64,000 nucleotides of DNA from Clostridia bacterium (lineage in GTDB: Bacteria > Bacillota > Clostridia > Oscillospirales > CAG-272), in assembly GCA_017937845.1 (NCBI GenBank), contig JAGBCV010000006.1:1-64000 (forward strand), written 5' to 3'. Both the position numbers and the translations under genes were made by a program. Under the pieces are notes generated by a model. That model saw only the letters and a program-made list of their open reading frames with translations, was not told where the DNA came from and made no database searches. This document shows positions 1 through 8,764 of the stretch, one piece after another. The stretch's first letter is position 1, and every line of letters starts with the position of its first letter.

Positions 1-1
1 C

Positions 2-180
2 AACCGCTTCATTCCGCTTTGCGCGGTCCTGCTCGGCGCTCTCATCGGCGTCGCGGCGTTTTATGTTTATCCGTCTATCATCCCGGCGGATAACGTCATC
101 GTGGCATTGCTCATCGGCGCGGCTTCCGGCTGGGCTGCGACGGGTGCGTATGAGACGGGGAAGGGGCTGGGAAAGGAATG
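2..180 (+). CDS. 3' end of a membrane protein gene (start is outside the window)
   Basis: Open frame from the window edge to TGA at 178-180. Hydrophobic C-terminus ...IIPADNVIVALLIGAASGWAATGAYETGKGLGKE. Followed by an intrinsic terminator. Confidence 0.3.
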
Positions 181-188
181 AATAATAT

Positions 189-232
189 AAAACAGTTTCT
201 TGTTTTTATACAGGAAACTGTTTCTTTTTTTC
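189..232 (+). terminator. Rho-independent terminator
   Basis: Inverted repeat aaacagtttcttg/caggaaactgttt followed by a T-run. Confidence 0.6.
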
Positions 233-420
233 GAAATTTAACATTTTTTAGTCAAAAAACGCTGAAAATTGCATAAAATTTAACAAAATCTTTGAATAAT
301 CTGCAATGAAATTCTTGAAAAATAGGAAAAAACATGATAAAATGAAAACGGAGGAAAGCATCTAATAATATCCGTATCATTTTATTTGTCCTCAAATTTA
401 GATGAAACGGAGGGAAGGAG

Positions 421-1023
421 ATGTATTGGAAAATGAAAGAATTTGATATAGCATATGAAAAAGCGGAATTGGTTCTGAAAGAAATGAATTATAAAAAAGA
501 TAGAATGATTCCGACAGCAACTATTATTGACACCGTAGAAAAAATGTTGAAAGTGGATGTTAGGTTTGCGCTTTATGATTTTACCAAACTAAGTTCTGCG
601 ATGCCGGGTAAAAAAATCAACCTTGATGATTATGGCGCAGCAATGGCTGTTGATAACAACAGGGTGAATATCTTACTTAATGAAAATGAAACTCCGGAAA
701 TGCAACGATTTTCTTTAGTTCATGAGTTAGGACATTTAATGACACAAAAAGAGGTTGTTACTCAACCATATCGTGTAAGTACTCATATTGATATGGATAT
801 TACATCGATTCCGAAAGAAATTTTGGAAAATCCGAAGTATAAATTTCTTGTCAATGAGCAGGTTGCGAATATTTTTGCATTGTTGGTTTTAATGCCATAC
901 GAAATGCTTGTTGATGCAATGAAAAAACAGGATTCTTTTGAAGATGTTGCTAAATTCTTTGGAGTCAATGAATGTGCTCTTGACTCAAGGCTTCAGTTGA
1001 AAGATGCTGAAAAGGTGAACTAA
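421..1023 (+). CDS. ImmA/IrrE-family (DUF955) zinc metallopeptidase
   Basis: HEXXH motif in LVHELGHLM typical of ImmA/IrrE peptidases. Strong RBS ggagggaaggag before the ATG. Low-GC region. Confidence 0.65.
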   Translation: MYWKMKEFDIAYEKAELVLKEMNYKKDRMIPTATIIDTVEKMLKVDVRFALYDFTKLSSAMPGKKINLDDYGAAMAVDNNRVNILLNENETPEMQRFSLVHELGHLMTQKEVVTQPYRVSTHIDMDITSIPKEILENPKYKFLVNEQVANIFALLVLMPYEMLVDAMKKQDSFEDVAKFFGVNECALDSRLQLKDAEKVN

Positions 1024-1623
1024 ATGCAGAACCAATCGAAGAAAAAGGATGCATCCAACTTCGCATGTATAGATCAAGAGCAGAAGAGTTCACCAACTGT
1101 TTCTGATGTTCGAGAACATGAAACGGCTTCTGATATTTTTGATAAAGCATTAGAAGTTCAAGAGATTTCATTAGGTGATCCACAATATATTCTTTGGAAA
1201 GATAATGATCGGTTCAATACGATTGATGAACAGATACCAGGTTTAACAGAAAGATCGGAAGAAGCGTATATACAAATTGCCAATGATATTTTGGAAGCAT
1301 CAACCAGTCAGTTAAAAAAACAGAATGATTCGAAAAACGAACTGAAGGAAAGCTTGGTATGGTTTTTTAAGCGATTTATTTTGCTTCAGTATTGGCTTTT
1401 GATTGTACTAATGTTGGTTAGAATTGTTATACCTACTTATTTGTCCGATAATGTGCTTATTACATATATAACATCAGTCTTTGCTGAAACTTTGGGTGCT
1501 ATTATATTGATGGTAAAATATGCGTTTAATTCCGATCAAGAAGTTCAAATATTGCGCAAATTGAATGATGTTATTGCCAACTTTCAAAAGTTTGGAAACG
1601 ATAAGAAGAAAGATAAAAAATAA
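1024..1623 (+). CDS. Hypothetical protein with two C-terminal transmembrane helices
   Basis: Start overlaps the stop of the ImmA-like gene (taaATG). Hydrophobic segments WFFKRFILLQYWLLIVLMLV and ITSVFAETLGAIILMV. Low GC. Confidence 0.5.
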   Translation: MQNQSKKKDASNFACIDQEQKSSPTVSDVREHETASDIFDKALEVQEISLGDPQYILWKDNDRFNTIDEQIPGLTERSEEAYIQIANDILEASTSQLKKQNDSKNELKESLVWFFKRFILLQYWLLIVLMLVRIVIPTYLSDNVLITYITSVFAETLGAIILMVKYAFNSDQEVQILRKLNDVIANFQKFGNDKKKDKK

Positions 1624-1625
1624 AA

Positions 1626-1667
1626 ATATCGAACGAGTTTACTCGTTCGATATTTTTATTTTTTATC
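1626..1667 (+). terminator. Rho-independent terminator
   Basis: Perfect inverted repeat atatcgaacgag-ttta-ctcgttcgatat followed by a T-run. Confidence 0.7.
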
Positions 1668-1672
1668 TTTAA

Positions 1673-1801
1673 AATCATCATAAAAAACAGCTTGGCGGTC
1701 CGGATGGCGAGCTTGCCGCCGCGACCCGCTATCTCCACCAACGATACGCCATGCCCTATGGCGAGATCGTCGGGATCCTGACCGATGTCGGTACAGAAGC
1801 A
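1673..1801 (+). pseudogene. cotJC: Internal fragment of a CotJC-like Mn catalase gene (corresponds to CotJC residues ~27-68)
   Basis: In-frame translation NHHKKQLGGPDGELAAATRYLHQRYAMPYGEIVGILTDVGTE aligns with CotJC YGGADGELAAALRYLNQRYTIPDKVIGLLTDIGTEE. No start codon. The frame is broken immediately after GGTACAGAAG. Confidence 0.6.
1790..1799. repeat. Left copy of the 10-bp direct repeat GGTACAGAAG (putative attL core)
   Basis: An identical 10-mer is at 10448-10457, in the same codon phase of the split catalase gene. Confidence 0.6.
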
Positions 1802-1897
1802 AACTATCGATCCCAAAAAAAGAAAAGCACAGATACACGAGGAATCCTCTGATTTGAAAATTCCTCTATATCTATGCTGTCCGTCTTTTGAGCCAAA

Positions 1898-2269
1898 TTA
1901 TTCGCAGTTTCTTTCTACGAGGTCAACGAAGAATCTCTGCTTTTCTTTTTCGGTCAAGCGTTCATAACCGAATACCAAGATCTTGGTCTGAATTTCATTG
2001 AATGTTTTTTTACCGAGATTGCGGATGTGGATCAGCGTTTCGTTGGAGAGCGCTTCCACAACGTCGCCGATGGTAAAATAGCCCGCTCTTTTCAGCGCAT
2101 TGGTCGCACGAACGGAAAATTCGATGTCGTCGATGTTCGTGTCGCAAGCCTTTTTGGTAAACGCGACAGAAACACGAACCTTCTGACCGATTACCTCGTA
2201 AATGGTGTCAAGAAATCCGTTTTCCTTTGCAGAATTATAAAGTTCAAGCGCAATTTCTTCTTTTCTCAT
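1898..2269 (-). CDS. Stand-alone RNA polymerase alpha-subunit C-terminal-domain-like protein
   Basis: IEFSVRATNALKRAGYFTIGDVVEALSNETLIHIRNLGKKTFNEIQ matches the RpoA alpha-CTD helix-hairpin-helix ([20 protein letters not shown]...VRNLGRKSLEEV). Confidence 0.55.
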   Translation of the reverse strand: MRKEEIALELYNSAKENGFLDTIYEVIGQKVRVSVAFTKKACDTNIDDIEFSVRATNALKRAGYFTIGDVVEALSNETLIHIRNLGKKTFNEIQTKILVFGYERLTEKEKQRFFVDLVERNCE

Positions 2270-2409
2270 ATCGTATCCCTTTCATTTTTACGGAACACAT
2301 TTTCCCGTTTTTATTCTTTCATAAGAATATTTTAGCACATTTTTTGCGTTCTGTCAACAGGCAAAATTTTTAGTAAGGCAAGAATATGCATATATTTTTG
2401 ATTTTTTTG

Positions 2410-2991
2410 TCAATTTCTGCTGGTTTCCTTCAGATACGATGCTTCCAGATCCGCCATATGGAGCATCACCGCAAGAGGCGTACTTTCGTAAGCGCGGCTG
2501 AGTCCGAAATCACCACCCTTGACCGCGGCGTCAAAGGAGCCCATATGATAGCGGATCGCCAAAAGCTCGGGGACCTCAAGTCTGCCGAAGAACCACTGCA
2601 AGATGATACAGCTCTTTTCGCCGTGACCGATGGGGAATTTTTCGTTGATCTCATAGACCTCCTTTTTCACCCATTGACCGCTCGCCTCATCCTTGACGTT
2701 GCGATATCCCTTTTGGTAAAAATTCACCTTGCAAACGTCATGGAAAAGCGCGCAGATGGCGATGCTTTCGTCCGTCACAGGATATTCGGGATAATTTTTC
2801 GCAACGCGCTTCATGCAATCGTAGACGTTCAGCGAATGTTCAAGAAGCCCGCCGGGATAATTTCCGTGAAATTTCGTGCTGGCAGGCGCTTCAAAAAAGT
2901 CGCTCTTTTCAAGCCAATCGAGGACCTTGTCAAGTCCCTCGCGCTTGATATTCGTGTGGCATATTTCGAGAAATCGTTCTTTGTTTGTCAT
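2410..2991 (-). CDS. HD-domain phosphohydrolase family protein
   Basis: H...HD signature (ALFHDVCK) with later His/Asp residues. 193 aa. Confidence 0.65.
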   Translation of the reverse strand: MTNKERFLEICHTNIKREGLDKVLDWLEKSDFFEAPASTKFHGNYPGGLLEHSLNVYDCMKRVAKNYPEYPVTDESIAICALFHDVCKVNFYQKGYRNVKDEASGQWVKKEVYEINEKFPIGHGEKSCIILQWFFGRLEVPELLAIRYHMGSFDAAVKGGDFGLSRAYESTPLAVMLHMADLEASYLKETSRN

Positions 2992-2992
2992 A

Positions 2993-3556
2993 TCACGCCT
3001 CCTTATCCATCGTTACGGTGAGCTGTACGTTTCCGTCAAAATCCTTCCAAAGAAAAACGCCGTCCTCAAGCGTCATATAACCGTGATGGGTGTCATTCTT
3101 GGGAATCGAAACCGAACCGGGGTTCATATAAACGTAATCTTCATGCGATCTGCAATCCGCGATATGGGTATGTCCATGGAGCAAGACCGTCCCTTTTTTC
3201 ATTTTGGGCAGATTATTTTCATTGTATATATGTCCGTGTGTCGCAAAGATCGTGATCTTTCCCTCGTTTATCATCGCGTAATCCGCCATGATGGGAAAAT
3301 CAAGCACCATTTGGTCGACCTCCGCATCGCAATTTCCGCGGACGCAAAGGATATCGTCCTTTTTCGCGTTGAGCAGATCGATCACCGCCTTCGGTGCGTA
3401 TCCGCTCGGAAGGTCGTTGCGCGGCCCGTGATACAAAATATCACCGAGAAGCAAAAGCCTATCCGCGTTTTCTTTTTCGTAGGCATGGAGAAGCTCACGG
3501 CAGAACGTTTCCGAGCCGTGAATATCCGATGCAATCATCCATTTCATTCCAATCAT
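2993..3556 (-). CDS. yfcE: YfcE/MJ0936-family metallophosphoesterase
   Basis: Metallophosphoesterase motifs IASDIHG, GDILYHG, GNCD, THGH, GHTH. 187 aa. Confidence 0.75.
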   Translation of the reverse strand: MIGMKWMIASDIHGSETFCRELLHAYEKENADRLLLLGDILYHGPRNDLPSGYAPKAVIDLLNAKKDDILCVRGNCDAEVDQMVLDFPIMADYAMINEGKITIFATHGHIYNENNLPKMKKGTVLLHGHTHIADCRSHEDYVYMNPGSVSIPKNDTHHGYMTLEDGVFLWKDFDGNVQLTVTMDKEA

Positions 3557-3724
3557 CCTTTCTGATTTATATGATTTATGAGAATATTATAACAAACTTC
3601 TTTCTTTTTGTCAAATTATATCATTTATTATCTTGACAAATTCTTAATTTTTATATAAAATAAATATATGTTTAATCAAACTTTAACAAGATGTTGTAAA
3701 TACAAGAAAGAATGGAATACGGAC

Positions 3725-4570
3725 ATGAATCAAATTCGCATCTTTGCTGATAGCACCTGCGACCTTACCGCAGAGCTTATCAAAAAGTATCAGATCAATA
3801 TCATCCCTCTCAGCATCGTTCTGGACGATAAAAGTTATTTTGACGGCACCGAGGTCACACCCGACGAGATCTATAAATGGGCAGACGCCAATAAGACCAC
3901 GCCGAAGACCGCGGCGGCATCCTATGAGCAGATTTTCGACGCGATGAAAAGCGCCATGGATGCGGGAGAGGATATCATCTTCTTCGGCATTTCGGGCGAT
4001 ATGAGCAGCACCTGCAACGTCGCGCGCTTTGTCGGACGCGAAAACTACGAGCGTCTTTTCGTCATCGACTCCCGCAACCTTTCGACAGGTATCGGACTTC
4101 AGGTCATCAAGGCAGCGGAAATGGCGGCGGCAGGCAAGACCGCAGAAGAGATCGTCGCATATATCAATCAGAAAAAGGGTGACGTTCGCGCAAGCTTCGT
4201 CATCGATACCCTTACATACCTTGCACGCGGCGGACGTTGCACACCCGTCACCGCGCTGATGGCAAATACCTTGAAGCTCCACCCCATGATCGTCGTCAAG
4301 GACGGCAAAATGGGTGTCAGCAAGAAATTCCTCGGCAAGATGGATTTTGCCCTTGCCAAATACGTTGGCGAACTGACAAAGGACCTTTTGCAGGCGGATA
4401 AATCCCGCGTATTCATCACCCATTCCGGTTGCTCTGAGGCAACCATCGCAAAGGTGCGCTCCATGCTCGAAGACCTCGACTATTTCGACGAGATCCTCGT
4501 AACACGCGCAGGCGGCGTTATCTCCAGCCATTGCGGTCCCAATACTCTCGGCGTTCTTTTCTATATGTAA
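3725..4570 (+). CDS. DegV-family fatty-acid-binding protein
   Basis: IRIFADSTCDL N-terminus and overall DegV architecture. Start taken at the internal ATG (MNQIRIF). Confidence 0.8.
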   Translation: MNQIRIFADSTCDLTAELIKKYQINIIPLSIVLDDKSYFDGTEVTPDEIYKWADANKTTPKTAAASYEQIFDAMKSAMDAGEDIIFFGISGDMSSTCNVARFVGRENYERLFVIDSRNLSTGIGLQVIKAAEMAAAGKTAEEIVAYINQKKGDVRASFVIDTLTYLARGGRCTPVTALMANTLKLHPMIVVKDGKMGVSKKFLGKMDFALAKYVGELTKDLLQADKSRVFITHSGCSEATIAKVRSMLEDLDYFDEILVTRAGGVISSHCGPNTLGVLFYM

Positions 4571-4626
4571 GGATCACCCATTCAATTTGCATTCTTTTTT
4601 CATTTTTAATCTCCTATTAAACCTCC

Positions 4627-4662
4627 GGAAAAGCCCCGCGGATAACGCGGGGCTTTTCCTTT
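4627..4662 (+). terminator. Rho-independent terminator after degV
   Basis: aaagccccgcg-gataa-cgcggggcttt followed by a T-run. Confidence 0.7.
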
Positions 4663-4712
4663 TGCCAGGATCACCATGCAAGCGAAAATTGACAGAAATC
4701 ACAAATTTCCCC

Positions 4713-4741
4713 TTGTATGGAAACGATTTTTATGGTATACT
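4713..4741 (+). promoter_or_regulatory. Sigma-A-like promoter (TTGTAT-17-TGgTATACT) upstream of the mannosidase gene
   Basis: -35 ttgtat at 4713-4718, 17-bp spacer, extended -10 tggtatact at 4733-4741. Confidence 0.45.
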
Positions 4742-4778
4742 GAACACATCAATATTTTATCAATGCAGGAGGAATCCC

Positions 4779-7700
4779 ATGAACGCACAATATCGCAAAG
4801 TCAAAAAATATCATGACATCATCAAAAAGCATCGATATTGCAATCAGACTGCTGTCGGCAATATAACAGTATGCCCTTGCGGTTATAAAGAAGGTCACAC
4901 CCCGCCTCCGCTTTCTGATTTTCAGCCCTATACGGTCGGTACCGATTGGGGTAGCGGATTTGATAGCCACGTTTGGTTCCATTTTGAGTTCAAAATTCCC
5001 GAAAACATGAAAAATAAACCCGTGGAACTGAAGGTCGCTTGCGATAAAGAAGGCGGCGTCGGCTCCAATCCGCAGTTTATTTTGTATATCAACGGCAAGA
5101 TCCGCCAAGGTCTTGATATCCGTCATACATCCGTACCGCTCTATGATATGGACGAAACCTATGACGTATACGTTTACGCTTACACCGGCGCGAGGATCCG
5201 CACAGCAAAGCTGTTCGTTGAACTTTATAACGTCAACACCGTCTGCAACGAGTTTTTCTGGGATATCGACGTACCGTTCGACACGCTTGAATTTACCGAC
5301 GAATATTCCATCGAATACGCCGATATTTTGAAATATCTCGATCATGCAGTTTCCATGCTCGACCTTTATGATCTCGGCTCTGACGAATTTTTCGCTTCCA
5401 TAGAAAAAGCGAAAGCATATTTCGACGCAGAATTTTACGGCAAGTACTGTGGAAACGCTAAAACACAGGTCACCGCCATCGGTCATACGCATATCGACTG
5501 CGCTTGGCTTTGGACACTCAAACAGACAAGAGAAAAGGTACAGCGTTCCTTTGCGACCGTGCTTGAGCTGATGAAGCGCTATCCCGAATACAAATTCATG
5601 TCCTCTCAAGCGTTCCTTTATAAAAACATGAAAGAGGAAGCCCCCGAGCTTTACGAGGAGATCAAGGAACGCATCAAAGAGGGACGCTGGGAATGTGAGG
5701 GTGCAATGTGGGTCGAAGCCGATTGCAACCTTTCCTCCGGCGAAAGCCTTGTCCGTCAGGTCATGTACGGCAAACGCTTCTTCAAGGATGAATTTGGTGT
5801 CGATAATCGCGTATTGTGGCTTCCCGACGTATTCGGCTATGCCGCAGCGCTCCCGCAGATCCTCAAAAAGAGCGGTGTCGATTGGTTCGTGACCTCCAAG
5901 ATCAGCTGGAACGACACCAATATGATGCCCTACGATACCTTTGAATGGTACGGCATCGACGGCACCCCCGTCCACACTTACTTCCTCACCGCATCGGATT
6001 ATCAACTCGGCAAAACACCTCCTCGCGGCACAACCTATAACGCGCAGATCACACCCAAAATGGTCGCAGGCACCATCAAGCGCTATCAGAATAAGGACCT
6101 CAGCAACGACGCGCTCATCACCTATGGTTACGGTGACGGCGGTGGCGGCCCGACCGTAGAAAATCTTGAAACCGCACGCCGTACCGCAAAGGGTATCCCC
6201 GGTGTTCCGCAGACCAAGCTGGAATTTGCAGGTGACTTCCTCACCCGTTTGGAAAAGAAGATGGCAGAAGCGAAGCGCGTTCCTGCATGGCATGGCGAGC
6301 TTTATCTCGAATATCACAGAGGTACCTACACCTCCATTTCCAAGAACAAACGCAACAACCGCAAGAGCGAATTTCTCTACATGAACACCGAAACCATCGG
6401 CAGTATGGCAAAAGCGCTCATCGGTATGCCCTTCCCAAAGGAAAAGCTCCACGAGGGCTGGGAATCGCTTCTCACGAACCAGTTCCACGATATCATTCCC
6501 GGCTCGTCCATTCGTGAGGTATACGAGCAGAGCGATATCGACTACGCAAATCTCATGCAGATCGCAAGCACCGAGCTTTCGACCGCAACGGAAGCGATCG
6601 CAAAGGGCATTTCCGCAGGCAGAGGACATGTCATTTTCAACCCGAACCCGTTCGTCGGCAACGGCATCGTGAAGATCGACGGCAAGAGCGCGTACGTCGT
6701 GGGAATCCCCGCCAAGGGCTACGCCGCGGCAGGACATCTCAAGCTCTATAATCGCATCATCATTCAGAATCAGACCGTGGAAACCGACAAGCTCCGCGTT
6801 CGTTTTGATGAAAACTGGCTCATCGAATCCGTTTACGATAAGATCAATGACCGTGAAGTCATTCGCGAGGGCGAAAAAGCCAATGAGATTCGCGTATACG
6901 CTGACCATCCCGACACCTACGACGCATGGGAATGGCAGGAATACTCCCTTGAGGATTACAAGGTCATCACGGACGTCACGAGTGTTGATATCATCGATGA
7001 CGGCGCAAGACGCGGTATCCGCATCACCCGTCCGTTCATGAAATCCACGATCACACAGACCGTTTGGTTCTATGACGATATCGCCAAGATCGACTTTGAA
7101 ACGGTTGCCGATTGGCACAATCAGCACCAGATGGTCAAGGCGGCATTCCCCGTCGATATCAACTCGATGAAAGCGACCTACGATATCCAGTACGGTACGA
7201 TCGAACGCCCGACCCATAAGAACACCAGCTGGGATAACGCAAAATTTGAGGTCTGCGCGCATAAATACGCCGATCTTTCCGAAGGCGGCTATGGCGTTGC
7301 CATTCTGAGCGATTGCAAATACGGCTACGATATCCATGACGGTCTGATGCAGATTTCCCTTTTCAAGACCCCGACCTCCCCGAACGAAGTTGCCGACCAG
7401 GGCGAGATCGTATTCACGTATTCGCTCTGTCCGCACGCAGGCACGCTCGCAGATTCGAATATCCCCGCGCTGGCATATGACCTCAATAACCCCATGTTTG
7501 CCATCAAGGCGACGGGCGTGAACAGTATTCTTCCCGAAGAATTTTCCATGGTGACATCGAGCGCAGAAAACCTCCTCTGCGAAGTCATCAAGGAAGCGGA
7601 AGATTCCGACGCAACGATCCTCCGATTCTATGAATCCAAGAATATGAAGACCACCGCCGAGATCACCCTCGGTATGCAGGCTGAGCATTGCTACCTCTGC

Positions 7701-7799
7701 GACCTCATGGAAAATGAGCTCGAAGAGCTTCCCATCGTCAAAGGCAAGGTAACCGTCAACGCTCATGGCTTTGAAATTTTGACCCTCAAGGTAAAATAA
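4779..7799 (+). CDS. GH38 alpha-mannosidase (cytoplasmic)
   Basis: GH38 N-terminal signature IGHTHIDCAWLW and DxFGY motifs. RBS aggagg 8 nt before ATG 4779. ~1006 aa. Confidence 0.85.
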   Translation: MNAQYRKVKKYHDIIKKHRYCNQTAVGNITVCPCGYKEGHTPPPLSDFQPYTVGTDWGSGFDSHVWFHFEFKIPENMKNKPVELKVACDKEGGVGSNPQFILYINGKIRQGLDIRHTSVPLYDMDETYDVYVYAYTGARIRTAKLFVELYNVNTVCNEFFWDIDVPFDTLEFTDEYSIEYADILKYLDHAVSMLDLYDLGSDEFFASIEKAKAYFDAEFYGKYCGNAKTQVTAIGHTHIDCAWLWTLKQTREKVQRSFATVLELMKRYPEYKFMSSQAFLYKNMKEEAPELYEEIKERIKEGRWECEGAMWVEADCNLSSGESLVRQVMYGKRFFKDEFGVDNRVLWLPDVFGYAAALPQILKKSGVDWFVTSKISWNDTNMMPYDTFEWYGIDGTPVHTYFLTASDYQLGKTPPRGTTYNAQITPKMVAGTIKRYQNKDLSNDALITYGYGDGGGGPTVENLETARRTAKGIPGVPQTKLEFAGDFLTRLEKKMAEAKRVPAWHGELYLEYHRGTYTSISKNKRNNRKSEFLYMNTETIGSMAKALIGMPFPKEKLHEGWESLLTNQFHDIIPGSSIREVYEQSDIDYANLMQIASTELSTATEAIAKGISAGRGHVIFNPNPFVGNGIVKIDGKSAYVVGIPAKGYAAAGHLKLYNRIIIQNQTVETDKLRVRFDENWLIESVYDKINDREVIREGEKANEIRVYADHPDTYDAWEWQEYSLEDYKVITDVTSVDIIDDGARRGIRITRPFMKSTITQTVWFYDDIAKIDFETVADWHNQHQMVKAAFPVDINSMKATYDIQYGTIERPTHKNTSWDNAKFEVCAHKYADLSEGGYGVAILSDCKYGYDIHDGLMQISLFKTPTSPNEVADQGEIVFTYSLCPHAGTLADSNIPALAYDLNNPMFAIKATGVNSILPEEFSMVTSSAENLLCEVIKEAEDSDATILRFYESKNMKTTAEITLGMQAEHCYLCDLMENELEELPIVKGKVTVNAHGFEILTLKVK

Positions 7800-7807
7800 A
7801 ACAGTAC

Positions 7808-7838
7808 AAAAAATGCACCTGCTCGCAGGTGCATTTTT
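7808..7838. terminator. Bidirectional intrinsic terminator between convergent genes
   Basis: aaaaaatgcacctgc-tcg-caggtgcatttttt. Confidence 0.65.
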
Positions 7839-7846
7839 TCATATAC

Positions 7847-8701
7847 TTACATTTTCACGCCGCCGACAAACACATCTGCGTTGCAATCAAAGACCGCATC
7901 TTCACGAATGACCTCGCCCGTGCTGTCAACGGAGATCTTACCCGAGCGCGGATTTTTGATGGAATCCACGTGTCCGATGACGCTTGCTTCCACGTCGGAA
8001 TATTCAAAGGAAAGATCACAACCCTCCATCGTGCAATCGATCAGACGGAGATTTTTGCAATAGCAAAGGGGCTGTGTACCGATGATCTTACAACGAATGA
8101 GCGTCAGATTCTCCGAAAACCAACCGAGATATTCCCCTTTCACGGTGCTATCCGTAACGGTCACGTTTTTCGCGTGCCAAAAAGCGTCCTTGGTGTCAAA
8201 GTTACTGTTTCGGATGGTGAGGTTTTCCATGTACTGAAAGGAGTATTTTCCTTTCATGGAAAGACCGTCGATCTCTACGTTTTTGCTGTCAAGGAAGATA
8301 TATTCCGAGGTGATTTGCGAGTTTTTGATGTTCACACCGTCGCATTTCCAGCCAAATTCAAGAGAGGTGATATCGGAATCCTTGACCGTCATATTCTGAC
8401 ATTCGCGGAGAATTTTAATGCTGTTAACGTGGCAATTTTTAAGCGTACCGTTTTCGTCATACCACATCGCGGCTCTCGCCTTTTCATCAAATTTCGAGTT
8501 CTCGATGAGAAAATTTCTGACGTGCCAAAGCGGATAACGAAGCGAGAACGAGCAGTTTTTGACCTCGATCCCGTTACATTCCTTCAAAACCGATTCTCCG
8601 TCGGCAGGACCTGCAAACGTGCAATCGACGACCTCCGTATCGACCAAATGATAAAGCGAGCGCTCTTCGTCAAACGTTTTATGTATGATTTGATTTTTCA
8701 T
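7847..8701 (-). CDS. Right-handed beta-helix repeat protein (DUF3737-like)
   Basis: Repeated ~22-aa units (NC.F..., N.T..DS.I) typical of parallel beta-helix proteins. 284 aa. Confidence 0.5.
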   Translation of the reverse strand: MKNQIIHKTFDEERSLYHLVDTEVVDCTFAGPADGESVLKECNGIEVKNCSFSLRYPLWHVRNFLIENSKFDEKARAAMWYDENGTLKNCHVNSIKILRECQNMTVKDSDITSLEFGWKCDGVNIKNSQITSEYIFLDSKNVEIDGLSMKGKYSFQYMENLTIRNSNFDTKDAFWHAKNVTVTDSTVKGEYLGWFSENLTLIRCKIIGTQPLCYCKNLRLIDCTMEGCDLSFEYSDVEASVIGHVDSIKNPRSGKISVDSTGEVIREDAVFDCNADVFVGGVKM

Positions 8702-8764
8702 ATATTTACAACGATTCCTTTGCTTAACTTTTTCCTATTAGTCTATCACAAAAATAGGTCAGTG

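Noticed and set aside
4749-7766. 1005-aa ORF antisense to the GH38 mannosidase gene
   Set aside because: The sense strand has unmistakable GH38 motifs and an RBS. The antisense product is low-complexity (G/V/A/R/C-rich), typical of stop-codon-poor antisense frames in GC-rich coding DNA.
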